A DNA stretch of 64,000 nt, from the NCBI RefSeq assembly GCF_009914755.1, contig NC_060930.1; one strand, given 5' to 3'. Below, in pieces: positions 1 through 14,894 of this stretch (position 1 is the first letter of the stretch; the number at the start of each line of letters is the position of its first letter). This DNA is from the human T2T-CHM13v2.0 reference genome, Homo sapiens. A program made the position numbers and the translations under genes. The notes under the pieces are model-generated. The model was not told the origin of the DNA. It did not search any database and worked only from the letters and a program-made list of their open reading frames with translations.

Positions 1-1748
1 AGTACAGACCATCCAGTAAGCCATTTGTACTTGTATTTTAAGGCATTGTTATATATGCATCCTTACATACACTACGTAGAAAGACTGGCGTGGAGTGAAT
101 GAGAAGGGAACAACAATAACAACAAAAATACTAAAGATGAGATAGAAGTTATATTTTTGGTACAATAGGGATTCTCTGAAGTTTCCTGGCTATCTAGTTT
201 AAATATCATCTGGAAGAATCAATACATTTTTCATTGTAGCTTGCTGAGTTTCAAAGTAGTAAAATGAGATCACTTAATCAAGGAAGGGCAATTCAAAAAA
301 AATGTTTTATGTTATTTAGCTCTTTAAAAAGTAAGAATTAGTTGCTAGAAGTTGAAGATACATTTCAGAAATACATAATTTTGTTAAAAAATCAGTTTCA
401 AAATATGCTATACTCTGGAGGTGTTTCTTGGTGTATTTTAAAATGTTCACTGTGAAATAGAATCTTTGGCTGTGGGTCATCAATATTTTCAAGAGGCTAA
501 TCGAACTCTCTTTCTCTCTCTCTTCCTCTCCCCCTTCCACTTTCTCTCTTTGTCTCTGTCTCAGTAGATAAATTACCCTTGTTTGTATGGTGGTGGTCTT
601 TGCCAGCAATTGATTTTCGTTGACCCTAGGAATATCACTTTCTGTTTGATCAGTGTTTCCTGCTCTATTGTTGCCACCATCCTTCCTTAAACACATTACT
701 ATCCAATCTGGTTTCCCATTTCCAGTAGCTCTCAAATAAGTCTTTATAATCTTTATCTTTTACATTTTAGAAATAGTTTTTCTGGTTCTTAAATTCTACT
801 AGGTCAGTGGCTCATGTACCATACATTGCTAGAATTGTGCCTGGCATATATTTGGTGTCCAGAAATATTTGTTGTGTTAATTAGTATGATCTATTCACCT
901 ATTTCCAATTCTTATCTCAGATAAAAATTATAAACCTTACTTAACAGATTCTGATTACTGGGCACCTTTTCTGCTCAATCTCCAGTAATCATGAGTCTTT
1001 TTGAGTCACATTCATCTAAAAGCTATTTGCAGGTCAGTGTTGACATATGATTATTATGCCAACTGCTTCTTTTATCTGTCTTCCAAGTTATGTCAATCAA
1101 TTAGCAATGATACAGTAGTCCTGGATTTCAATAATAATAATCATGATTCTTACTATTATTCTATTCTTAGAACTAATAAGAATTTTAGTTTTGTTCTAAT
1201 AGATCTGTATTATCTATTACAACTTATCAGATAAGAAGAAATACTCCATAGATGATTACAGATGTCTTCCAAGAAAATCAGACTATTATCATAGTGCTAT
1301 AGCACTATAGCAATACAGGAAATATTTCTGAGCAAGTAATAATTACATAAATACATGTGGCTTTGTGCTTACTGCCATTAGCTACCACACTATTAGAATA
1401 TGGTTAGTTACAAGAAAGAAAAGGGAATTAATTGGTTTTGAGATAGCAGTATGAGGGAACTCTTGACAACATTTTAACAACCACAACAATGAAGGAATGA
1501 AATCTGGATTATGGATTCTGCTTCCCTCTCTGCATTGAACTTTGTTTTTAAATTCTGTAACCAATCATTCTCTTGCTTGTAGGATATTATTGCTATAAAT
1601 GTTGAACTCCTGCCGTCAGCCAGTCAAAATGTATCTACCATCTCTCACCTTTTAGGTCTTGCCATTTATCAGTTACTTTTGCTGGCTGGTGGGGTTTAGT
1701 TGAATACATTGTTTTCCCTATATATTCACCTGCATAAAAGACTGATCA

Positions 1749-2043
<295 letters not shown>

Positions 2044-3149
2044 TCAAATTTTCACTTTTTCTCAAATTATAGCATCAATTTCAGGGACACATTTTTATAT
2101 TTATCATCTTCTAAAACTTTATAACTTTTTTTTAGTGTATGAAAGTTTAGATCTATCTACTAGACTGAAAATTCTGCTTCCCTTTTCTATTTTTCCTTAC
2201 ATTTACTTACTTCCCAGTATGATTGCTGTTAGTAATCAGTGACATTTTCCAATTTCAGAACTAGGATTACAGTGTTTGAAGAAGGGAGGCAAGAATATCC
2301 TCCATTTGCTTTTGCCATAAAGAAGAAAAAGGTTTTACTTTTCCTCCATAGTCAGGCTCTTGGTAGGTTTCCCAGATGTGTTACCAGTATCTCAAACTTG
2401 AAATGAGATAATACACCCTAATTCCCCCATTTCAAGAATCACAGCTATCACTAAGACACACATCCAACTAATGCAGGAAAGAAAGAAACTGGAATGATCT
2501 ATATTTTTTCTCTCTTAAATTGACTTAAAATCTTATATATGAGTCTAGTAACAGATACACACATACACACACACGTTTACATAAGTATATAAGTTATATA
2601 TATATCTTTCCTTTAAATTATATAGACCTCTAGTGATAATCATTAAAGACTTAAGCCTGGCATGGCAAAATTTTTCAAGTTCTGTCAACTCTGCTAATAT
2701 TGTAACGCTGTGCAGCATGCTGTGTTGGGAAGATTCTGGGCCATGATGGGCCAAGGTAGAAAAGAGAATCACAATCTCTTAACTATGTCAATAGGATAGT
2801 TATTGGAAGATGTAAAAAAGCAATCTATTTGTTATCCATGACCTAATCAAATTATCTGTGCAAAAACTCCTCCTTTCATCTTTTTAATGAAAGAATATAT
2901 AAACACACAATGAGCAGAATTTCATGCAACACTTCATAATTTCTAATTATGAGACAATGTACTATGTTTCAGTCATGAGTTAATAATTAAGCATTAGTAA
3001 AACTTATTAATTCAATTGAATTGAAGGTGAGAATAAGCCAATTTAGGAAAATAAAACAGTGTTATCATTTTGAAGTAACATACTGAGAAGGATTAGAAAT
3101 AGGAAAGTTGTATTCATGGTCCTAGGTAGTACTATTCACAAACTATGGT

Positions 3150-3211
3150 GTAAATGTTACCCCCTAGAGTTGCACAAGACACAACTCTCACAACCATATG
3201 TGGCAATCCTG
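3150..3211. mobile_element. MER91-like hAT MITE fragment
   Basis: ccccctagagttgcacaagacacaac...catatgtggcaatcctg resembles the MER91 terminus as I recall it. Confidence 0.45.
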
Positions 3212-3532
3212 GTGTCTGAACTATGAAAGAAAGAAATAGTATAAAATACAATAGTGGCAATACTTGCTTACCTCTTTATAGAATATAAAGAGAGGAGTGC
3301 ATCAACATTATTGAAGCATATATTAGTTTAGGATTTTATATCCTGTTTCTCGTTACCCATCAAAAAATTTATTTTACACTTCTAACCTGTATTTTTAAGA
3401 TAAATAATCAAATATAATGAAAACTTTAATACTTCACCTCCCAAAAGTACTAGAGATTTAAAATTAGCCATGTTCAAATTAAAGGTGTTTTATTGACCCT
3501 TGACACTCTTTGTTTTGAAAAGACTATAGTGT

Positions 3533-3928
<396 letters not shown>

Positions 3929-4479
3929 TCAGCAATCCACTTAAAATGCTGAAAGTGGGTTGTTTACCAGCATCCTAAAGCATTCAGACAGCTCACAAGG
4001 AGTTCTATGTTCTAAAGTTGGTTATCTTAGACAATTACAACCCTTGGACATACAGCAGGTTGAGTAAATTCTGGATAACATACAAGAGGTAGAAGAAGGT
4101 AAAAAGTCCTACCATGGAAAATTAATCCCTTTCGCAGAAGAACAAGATGTCAGTGGAATTCCAGAGTCTTGCCCTATATAAGCCTTCTTTGTTGTTCTAG
4201 CATGTCTCTTACTGCCTAGAATTCTTCATCTACAATGTTTGCAAATGTTAATGTATAGAAACTTTAGCATTTCTGTGGGCTTTAATATAAAATATCAAAA
4301 GAACCTTAGATCACCAAGTCATTTCATAGAATAAAAAAAATTGGCAGTTCATTTTTGCCCCTTGCGGTTCTCCCATTCTTTGCTTTCTGCTGATGCAAGC
4401 AAGGCAAATGGGATAAATTTATGACTTTCATTGATGGGAAAATTTACTAATAAAACATTGAGAGACATATCAGAATAGC

Positions 4480-4526
4480 CCTCATGACATTCATATTCTA
4501 GCACAGAAATCAAAGATAAGCAAGAT

Positions 4527-4564
<38 letters not shown>

Positions 4565-5330
4565 AGAGATATAAAACATCTGAAGGTGATAGGAGCTATG
4601 CGGAAAATAAGTGAAAAGGACTAAGGTATAATGGAACAATGAATTATAATGTTAAATAGAGTGGTTAGTGATACTACGTTCAAAATATAGTAAGACTGCA
4701 TGATAGAAGGTAAAGGGGGCAGCTACTTTAGATTGTGTGGTTGGGGAAGAGTTTTCTACAAAGCTAACCTTTAAGCTGACAGCTGGATGCTAAGGAAACA
4801 GCCATGTCAACACTTTGGAGAATAATCTTCAAAGGTGCTTAATGAGCAGTGAGCCTGGACTGTTGAATGAACAAAAACCAGCATGTCTGAAGTGCAATGA
4901 ATAAGAAGTTAGACATACAAGATGAAATCATAGAGGTAGGCATGGCCAGGTCACACCAGCCATGGTAATATTTTCATTCTTCATCTGAGTCTGTATATAT
5001 GGTGCATCTTGACTGTGGGGTATTAGCCCCCAAATTTTACCTGGATAGCTATTTTATCCCCTGCACCACTCCTCATGCCTATAGGCAGCCATTCCATCAT
5101 TCCATCAGTCAAACTATCAAGTAAATATTTATTGTGCTAGGCATGATGCTAAGATGGGGATACAGTGTTGGCCAAAGGAGATACTGCCAGCCAGCCCTAT
5201 CCTCACACAGTATATATTTCAGTGGAGAGTATATAAATGAAATACTTACAAGAATCATTCTGTCTAGGAAGTGAGCAAGCGAGATGTATTACTGACATTT
5301 CTAATAGAGGAGTGTTAACTTAGCCTACAG
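4480..5330 (-). mobile_element. L2 LINE fragments (degenerate)
   Basis: Purine-rich antisense L2-like motifs (gctactttagattg..., attgtgctaggcatgatgctaag...gggatacagtg). Boundaries approximate. Confidence 0.55.
4529..4570. repeat. (CA)n(GA)n microsatellite
   Basis: Direct observation. Confidence 0.95.
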
Positions 5331-7765
5331 AGTAGGATATACATATATGTATATATACATATGTGTGTAGATATACATATCAATTAATAACTATGCAGAA
5401 AATCATCCCTAGATATTTCTATTATATTTTCTACAATATATTTAAACCATCCATTAATATTCTGCTTTATAATTTTCTAAGTCCTTTCATATGCATTACC
5501 CCATTTAATATTCATCATAACTGTGATAGAGGCTGGTCAATGATAATTATCTTCATTTTAAAGATGAATAAACTGAAGCTTTGAGAATTTAAATGACTTG
5601 AAGTCATGTAGTATGTTAGTAATGTACAGTCCTAGTCTCATTTTTATACTATGTATGCTATCAGAGGTCTGGTCTGAACTAAATACAGTAAAATTCCTTA
5701 CTCAATACAGCACTAGGCATTTAGTTTGGAGGCAAAAGGAAAATAAAACGTAGCATCCTCATTCTTAATAAATATGAGATCTAGTTAGGGAGATGTTCAG
5801 ATGAGCATCAGATAATAAATTGTGCAGAAATTCAGTGTGCATATGAAGTTAAGAATAATCAGAACGGTCTGCAATTATTCTATAACCTTGCCTTGACAGA
5901 AATTAATTTTTAAACTGGACATATAAATAGATTATGTGACTAGATCTTGATGCTTTTAAATTCTTGAAATTCTCTGGTTTTATTTTTCTTTTCCCATTCT
6001 TAAAATCACTGCCAATCAATGAACCTTACCCACCATTTCCTCTTAGTTTATTGCTTATTTAGAAATCTGCAGTTTCTTCATTGTGCAGATCTATCTTAGC
6101 TGTGTGCTTTCTCTGTTGAAGACTCTGCCAGACGCTCCAGAAAACTGTACTCAGCATTCTCTTCTAATTATCTTATTCCCAGCTCCAAGCCTGATGCCAA
6201 GATTTCTATTTGAATGACTTCTTCCTAGAATGCTAAATTGTCAATCTTTAGGAAAGCTTCATTCATTTAACCTTCCTCTATTTCTTAGAAAATCAGTAGA
6301 GAATTCTACCAGTATGCAACCCTGAATTTGTTGCCCTACTAAATAAACATTCTCTGTTGCCCTCACATGGTAGAGTGAGTTTATTTTTCCAATTTTTGTT
6401 TAAAGTCAACAGATGTCTGGCTTTACTAATATTGATGATTTTATATTATGTTTTATTATGAGGCAACACCTGGCATGCCATCACATGAAAATACATTGGA
6501 TATGTTTAAATGATATCATTGTCTTATTTCAAATTATTACATATCTGATCTCTTTCCCTTTCCACTACACCAGGAAATAATTTCCCTATTAATTGTAAAT
6601 TGCAAACGATAAACTTTCAAGTGATGGAGATGCAATAAAAAAGTATACAACTTCAATTATATATTTCTGTTTATAAACATGTCTTTTTCTTCATGACTAT
6701 GAACCGATGCATGGCATGACACCAGCATGACAAACATTGCTATGGAACCATCACTATATGGCAACACGCCAGGTCCTGTGTTAAGTGGTTTTGGTATCCT
6801 ATTTTATTTTTTAGCTTTGTATCGACCTGTGGATAGATCATTGGTTTGCAATATGAGTTTCCTTTTAAAAAGTCAGTGAAGATCAAAGGTGCATTTTAAA
6901 ATAGAAGCTGATAAGAAACATCTTTGTAAAAAATGAAAGACACTTACAGGAACCAGGAATTTTTTAATCTCTTCCAATGCATGACTCATACGTGAATAAG
7001 CTTCCCCAGGTGGAGCAAACACTTCAATTAATACATGAAGCTCATCACTCAAGTGGGCATATTTGGCTTCCCCACTCTTCCTTAGTTCTTCTTCCTGTGA
7101 AAAAGGTTATTTTTAGAAATACAAATCCACTCATTTTACATTGATTTAACATTTACTGAGAATATGACAAAGGTGTATAATTTAAGCAAATTTTCCATAA
7201 TTTGCTTCCATAATTTTCTCAAAGAAACCCTTTGAGAAATAAAAATCTGCTACAAGCCATTTAAAGATTTTAAAATCATTTTTGAGTGTTTGAATGATTT
7301 TAAAAACCGGCATAATTATCATCTACAACAGATTTTAATCAGCTAAATGAAAATGCTAAACCCCTGAAAATAAGTCACAGAATTGCCATTAACACTGTAG
7401 TCTACATGACTACATTCTGGAAGGGAAGAATTGTTTTGTGCTTGATGTTCAGCATTTTGCAGATGGTAAGTGAAAGATTATCACTGTGTTCTTTAAGAAA
7501 ACTAAAACTTTCTAGCCACTTTTTGAGAAGTTAGGAAGGTTACTTGATTGTGATAAAAAGTAGGGTAACTATACAAGTCAAGGCTTATTTCCAAGTCTAT
7601 GTTCTCACCAGCCCAGATTATCAGCAAGCCTTATACCCACAGCTTTTCTATCGCTTGCTGCCTTTATTTATTTATTTTGTCAACAGGGGAATATTAAAGG
7701 GTGGTTTAACATTTTGCTGGCATTGATTCTGCATGGGCTACGTAACTTCTGGTTAACCAATAATA

Positions 7766-7855
7766 CTAGGTTGGTGGAAAAGCAATTGCCATTAATTGCT
7801 TTTAATGGCATTATTTTTAATGGCAAAAACCATAATTGCTTTTGCACCAACCTAA
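7766..7855. mobile_element. MADE1 mariner (Hsmar1-derived) MITE
   Basis: TIRs ctaggttggtggaaaagcaatt / aattgcttttgcaccaacctaa, flanked by TA on both sides. Confidence 0.92.
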
Positions 7856-9456
7856 TACATTTCTATTGGAAGAGACTTTTCCTAATATTGTGCCCAAGCC
7901 ATTATTGAAACCTGGTTAATTCAGTGCAGGTGTACAGCAAATCAATATGTGATCCATATATTTTGTTAATGTATACTAAGTATTTTATACATATCATCTC
8001 TAATCAAAATCATTTTGTACATATTCACATGTTTCAGATTATGAAACTGTGGTTAGAAGACTTAAATAGCTTCAGCCAATTCAGATCCAGACCCAGTTCA
8101 TTTTGCAAGCAGATTTGCATTTTTTAGAATTTCAAGATGTAAAATGTGGCAGAAAAGTTAACATAAATAACATTAATTATGTTTTATCTTTCTTGTCCCT
8201 CACAGAAACAACCAGCAGCTACTTCACTAAATTTCAAAAAATAAAACTAAACATGTAATTCTTGGTTTTATGTAGAGATTAGAGACATGACATGAATAGA
8301 CCTTACCTGGATTTAAAAAAGAACAAATTTGCTGTTGATGTCATGTGAGTTAACTGTATAACCCATGTTAATGTGAGTGTTTACTTGATTAGAAATGCTC
8401 ATTGTTTTAAAAGATGAAGGATCCATGAAAGAGATGGGAAGGCATCCCTGCGTTCCTGTATATATACCCTTCACCTACTCAAATACTTCTGATAATAGCA
8501 CCTTGCAGCCTGGAAATACATTCTTCACTTCTCTAAGGATACTTTCAAACTCTACCTAGGACTTTTCAACTTGAGAGCTTTTCTTAGTGCCCAATTATCA
8601 GTTTGGGGAGGAGAGGCAACACTACACTGAATGAAAATACTCTCATGAGGTGTAGTAAAGATTTCTTTTCTCTTTGGGTCCTGCTAAGGTGCAAGCTGCT
8701 TGTTTATTCTGGGGCCAGCTGGTTTGGGCATACATGCTGAAATAATTAAATCAGAGATTTCTTGACACTGTCCCTTTCTATTACTTCCTATGTTGATTCC
8801 CATTCAGTTATTTTTGTGTTACCCTCTCCTTACACCTAGAATTTCCTAGGGAACTGAAATAATTTTCAACTCTATTAAGCAAAATAATATGGTCATTGAG
8901 TGACATTTCCTAGAGTGACATGACTAGCTCATTATGGAGCTCAATAAAATAAAGAAAACAGCAGTTAATTGACCCTACTCTCCTTGGAAGATCATCATTT
9001 GCTACTTGGGATGACCCTTCGGAATCACATCTTCCATAAGCAGTGTATCCAATAATTTTATAAACCCATACTGCTCTTTGTAGGAAGATTATTGTGCAGG
9101 AAAGTGATCTAAGTTGTCAAGTTAAGAATAGTAGCTACCTGCTTTTTGTATTTTTATGAAGAATATATCATAAATTGTTCATAATCTAATGTGGAACACA
9201 TATTCCTCCTTTGTTCTACTCCAGGTGCTGGTATTTTGCCCTTCTAGATCCTCCTGTGAGGCATCACACCATCACCACCACCACCAGAAAAATAACTCCT
9301 GAAAGTTTAGAATGTTAGTGGGAAATAACTCTTATATTGCATTGATATGAAAAATTGTAGAAGTTTTATAGAAAATAAGTCTTATGTTGCCTGGTCAAAG
9401 CTGGCTACATTTGAATGGGTTTCTTTATAAAAATTTGTTTTAATAGACTTGTGATC

Positions 9457-10097
9457 TGAGGGATCAAAATTGATGCCCATTTATCAAACAAGATGGGCCA
9501 AAGGCTAAGGAAACAAAAGTTACTTAGGAGTCCAGTGTTCAGGACCCAGAAGGCATGGCAAATTTCCAAATTCCTACCACTATAAGGAAAACTACACCTC
9601 AGCTAAACTTCTTAACAACAGAGCTCTCAGGCTGATTTACAGCCCAAACCACCACAGCTCTGCAGGACAGAGGACTGACTTTACAAATATTCTTTTCTGA
9701 TTAGCTATTGCAGAACTTAAGCCAGTTTCAGCCAGCTTATAGGGTCTGCACACAAACTGTCTTTGTGTACTACAGTTCACCTTTTGACATAAAGAGCTGA
9801 ATTCCATGTCATTTCAATGCTAAAACCTCACGTCAGAGTGAACATGGGATGTATGTTATACACATGTTTACCCACTGGGCATGCCCTCTCATAAATACAT
9901 ATAGCTTTTCCCCCAAAACATGCTGAATATGTATAATACAGGCCCTGTGAGGCATAAGACCTAACCTGTCATTCCCTTCTTTAAATAAAGAGCACCTTAG
10001 ATCCACACTGGAGAGTTTCTCTTCTCAATTTGCAAGTTAATGCCAATAAAGCTCTCCTTTCTACTATTTAGCCATCCTGGTGGTCTTTCAAATGACA
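9457..10097 (+). mobile_element. ERV1 MER4-group solo LTR nested in the internal sequence (subfamily uncertain)
   Basis: TG...CA ends. AATAAA at ~10045 followed by a U5-like ctctcctttctactatttagccatcctggtggtc. Start approximate. Confidence 0.65.
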
Positions 10098-11272
10098 AAA
10101 TGTATATCAAAAGATTACTGATTCAAAACTAGAGTTTGGTTTTTCTCTGTTAAAACAACAAAGTTTTCTTGGATTACTGGTCTGCCCTTAATAAGAAATT
10201 ATAAAACTTTTTCTTTACCTGTTAAGTAATCTGCCTAGAAAACATTCTGTGTCTTATCAGAATAATTTCCTACGCTTTATGTTAACATTTATCACATCTT
10301 TAATTATTTATGAGAACCAAGTCCTCTCACTTAAAAAAAAAAACTGAGTTTTTTTTTAATTTATTTGTTTGTTGTTGCTGTTTTTCTCTCTGCAAGTATG
10401 TTACCTCGTATACTTACTTTTGAAATCTTGTATTGTCACTTAAGTAAGTGGATAACTAAAGTATTGTTTCACAGTGACCTGTGATCCTATTTAATGCAGT
10501 GTTCAATCTTTTGACATTTTTGACAATTTGCAAAAATCAAATTCTAAATGAAGTCTGCTTGACCCCAAACCAACTTAGATTTTTCAGAGAGCCCCTGGAA
10601 AATCTCTAAGGATTCATGTTCTCTCACTTTGTAAAAAGAGAGATGTTAAACTAATTAGGTTCATTTGATATGTTAAAATGTATGGGAAGCATTGTCAAAT
10701 AAGAAGAGATACTTAAATTTCCTTATATTTGTATGGGTAGATTTTATTGTTTCAGAAATTTTATGAAGTTCCTAGGAATTGGTCAATAACCTTGATCTCC
10801 CTGATACGTCCTGGTATAATGTAGTCAGTCATAATTCTATGATTTAAATTCCATAAATTAAATATTGTATTCCACAGAAACCACCAAAATCCTTTGTCAA
10901 CTGTGTTATAATGAATTCACGTCAGATATTTAACATAGCCATTTTAAGCTTTTTGTCATTCATAGGTAGTTACTATTAATACCAAACTAAGAAGCAAATG
11001 CTCCACTCAGATGTGGCTGATGACAACAGTGTCAAATTCTTGTGAATTATGTAATTTACCCTAGGTAATGTGATGAAGAAATAAAGTCACTGCAAATATA
11101 TATATATATATCTTACTCTGATGCTTTCCTGAAAGCTCTTGGAAGCAGCTACTGGATAGCATGCTTTGTCTTTACAAAACGGGATTCCCTCTGAGACCCA
11201 CGGAAATGACTATAACAGGTACTCTGGGATGCAACCTTCTGATGTCATTATTTAAATACTTTTAAGAAAAGG

Positions 11273-11600
<328 letters not shown>

Positions 11601-12073
11601 TCAGAACTATAGTGGAGACACTGAGGAGTTCATAAGACCCCTCATAAAGTTAAGCAGAACAAGAAGTAATTATATGGGCCTCAGTAGACTAAGAAAGGGT
11701 GATTATAATTTGTTATGGCCTTTGTTTGAAACAGTACTGGTTCTTTAATGTCCTGTTTTCTGAATTTAAGGAACTCTTTTCTCTTTTCTCAAGCTATTTA
11801 TACTTCATACCATTTGAATTGATGATACTTTTATAAACAGAAATGAAATATTTATCTTTTTCTCTTTGTCTAATTCCTTCAGAATTGGGAAACTCTTATT
11901 GAATATTCTTATTTTCATGGCAATACAGTTGCATAAGTCCAATAGGAATGGGAATCTGTTCTCAAAAAAAAAATTGGAAACTCGTTATATAACCATAGTT
12001 TGGACTGGAATGTCATATTTGAGAATTATGTGCATCAAATCAGATGTGATCAGGCAATTTTGAGTAAATAAAG

Positions 12074-12094
12074 TTTTTTTCGTTTTCTTTCTTT

Positions 12095-12142
<48 letters not shown>

Positions 12143-12270
12143 TTTTTTTTTTTATAGTGACTAAGTCTCACTATGTTGCCCAGGCTGGTCTCAGACTCCT
12201 GGGCTCAAGTGATCCCCTAACTCTGGCTCCCAGAGTGCTGGGATTATAAGCGTGAGCTACCACACATGGC
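12074..12270 (-). mobile_element. FLAM/Alu left monomer with (TTTC)n-expanded tail
   Basis: gtctcactatgttgcccaggctggtctc...ctcctgggctcaagtgatcc; single monomer. Confidence 0.88.
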
Positions 12271-13284
12271 CATAACTAAGACTGACTTTATGGAGCCACT
12301 GCTTACAAAGGCCTCTTGGGAAAACTGGCCTGATACTTAGATTACAGGGTTTCTAGCCTTTAAGATAAGTAACAAAGGTCACTTCTGGATGGGCTTAGGA
12401 TACTTGGGATAGTCTGGGGACCTCGAGAAGAGAGGAATTCACCAAAATTTATAGGTACTGCAGGTGAAGTAGGGTGGTTGGTTCTTGGCTTGGTTTCATA
12501 GCATTGAGAAGGCTTTTAAAAGTCCAATCTGAGATTCCCTATGTTAATAAAAAACTCCAGCAGAGGAAACTTAAAAAGATCCATGTGGTCAGTTATCATT
12601 ATTGCTTCACTTAGGTTATAATCAAGCCAAATCAAATGTAATCAGGACTTGTTTTGCAAACAAGAATAATTTTCCTTTGATTATCATTGATTAAAAATGA
12701 GGTGTACTGTAAAGACAAGGTTTATGTTTCAATGGAAAACTATAAACCACTCTTACGGGTTATTAGATTCTAATCTTTATTGTTTTTTAGCTACTTGCAT
12801 CTCTTTGTAAACTGGGTCCTACCATCTTCTTAATTTTGTCATCAATTAACAGTTCCACTTTTTCTACCACCCTCCTCACTTGGAATCACTGAGAACTAAA
12901 ACTGCCACTTTCCCAGAATCCTGTAACAAAAGCTTTCTGACTTCACATAAACACCAAAAGATTTATTGCTGAAACAGTTTGGGCCACTCAAAAATTTCAC
13001 CAGAACACTTGCACCTTCCATGCTGTGCTCCAGAAAATAACCATGACTACAGCCATACCACTTCTGTTCTCACTTAAGATACTTAGAGCTCAACATCAAG
13101 AACTCTTCTCAGTGGGCTATACTATGAAGTTAAAAACTGGATTTATCCTATGCTTCAATCATTAATCTTTTTGTTTCCCTTTTACAGATATCATATTTTA
13201 TAATTTTTAACCTGAAATTTCTCCCCAGAGCAATCAACCTAGCTTTTTTTGTGAAATTTCTAGCGAAGTTTCAGATGGGAAAAA

Positions 13285-13728
13285 TGTGGAGACCCATTTG
13301 GAGCCCCAGGATTCACACAAATGTTATTTTAAAGTGAAAACAGTTGAGCTAAAGAAGCAGAAAAAAAATACGTTCTGAACATCCATAATCTTACTGAAAC
13401 AGAGATTTACCAAAGTCAGCTACCACAACCCCTGACTCTGGAGTGGTCTCCAATCAGGGAGGCTCTGGACTTAGTCACTAGGACATTCCAAAATATTGTG
13501 TAAACAAGGCTTATCAGAACCATCCATTCATTAAAATCTGAAAACTTCCCTTCCCTAAAGTTTGGTATATAAACTTTATCTCTGGCTATTCAGTGAACTA
13601 CTCAGTACTGAGCAACTGCCACATGACTGTGTAAGTAAATTTTGTCTTTTCCTCTGTTAATCTATTGTCTGTTAACTTGCAAGCCTCCAACTGGACCCAA
13701 GTTAGAATAGGAAGTGTTTCTGCCAACA
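13285..13728 (+). mobile_element. 3' LTR of the ERV1 remnant
   Basis: Begins TG after the purine tract, has TATA-like tatataa at ~13566 and ends ccaaCA. Confidence 0.6.
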
Positions 13729-14894
13729 TTAAATATGCATATTCAGTTATAATTCATTTTAAGATAAAAAAACTACGCAATTAAAGTATGTACCACATTA
13801 CATATTTGTTCTGCAATTATAAGCACAAACACAGGCTATGTAAATAAACAAACAATAGAAGGTTGTAATCCAAAAGACTATTGTGGTGCTCATAAAAAAA
13901 TCAGGATAAGTAACCTTTTTGACAATAGCCTCTCCCACCTAGTCCCTCCTGTGGCTTGTTACCTTACTGGATAACGGTATGGGCAGTTGCATAGGTTCTG
14001 ATTAGGATATTTCAACTTTAGGAGAATCAATAGCTGTATAAATATAATGCTTACTCTTTTTTGCCCTGAAATCAACCTTATGAATCTTTACAGTCTAAAG
14101 AGAAAGGTCCTAAAGACTGGAAACTTTTTAGTAATATGGGTTAGCCTCAACTGCCATGATTTTAAAGACCGAAATATTTTATTTATTTATTTATTTTACT
14201 TCTCTCTGTGTATTAAAACAAATATTTCAAAACTCAAATTTCAATATTTCAAATATCAACCTTTTCTGTAGAGATTCTTATATAGCCCAGGGTCCAGCAA
14301 GAGCCTTGACCAGAAGTTAAAAGCTGCCTTAGAACTACTAACTGTGGGAAACTGCAGCAAGTAGTTTGCTCTTGTGGCTCCCAGTTACTTCGTACGCAAA
14401 AGAAGAGGAGGTAACCCAAGAGGAAGTTTTCAAATGTTGTTATAGGGAGTCACAGGGTTTCCAGGAGACACTTCAGGGACCACCTTGGATCAAAATGATG
14501 ATCCTTTCCTATGCATTCAATGACATCAGCTCAAGTTGGACCTCGTTATATGTAAAAATTTCAGGTGAGACGATAATGTTCTGCAAGTCCAATAAACCAA
14601 AAACAATAGGCAACATTAGACATGATGATGTCTCAGGTTTCTCACAGCTTCAGTAGTTTATGACTTAGCACGTGACTTCCCTTCACGGGCATCCTGATAC
14701 TGAGAACTTCAGTATTAGAAAATACTACGATCCAAATACAGTGTCTTCTATGATACATGACCAGCAAAATTAAAAATAAATGACCGCTTTTATGTTATTA
14801 TTTAAGCATCTACAGTAAAGACTTTCCTGCATATTTTATGTACATATGTAATTTAATGTTTATAGAACCATAGAAACATTGGGTGGATTTTGGA

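Noticed and set aside
316-735. 139-aa minus-strand ORF
   Set aside because: Non-ATG start, runs through a (CT)-rich tract, and has no recognisable homology or convincing exon structure.
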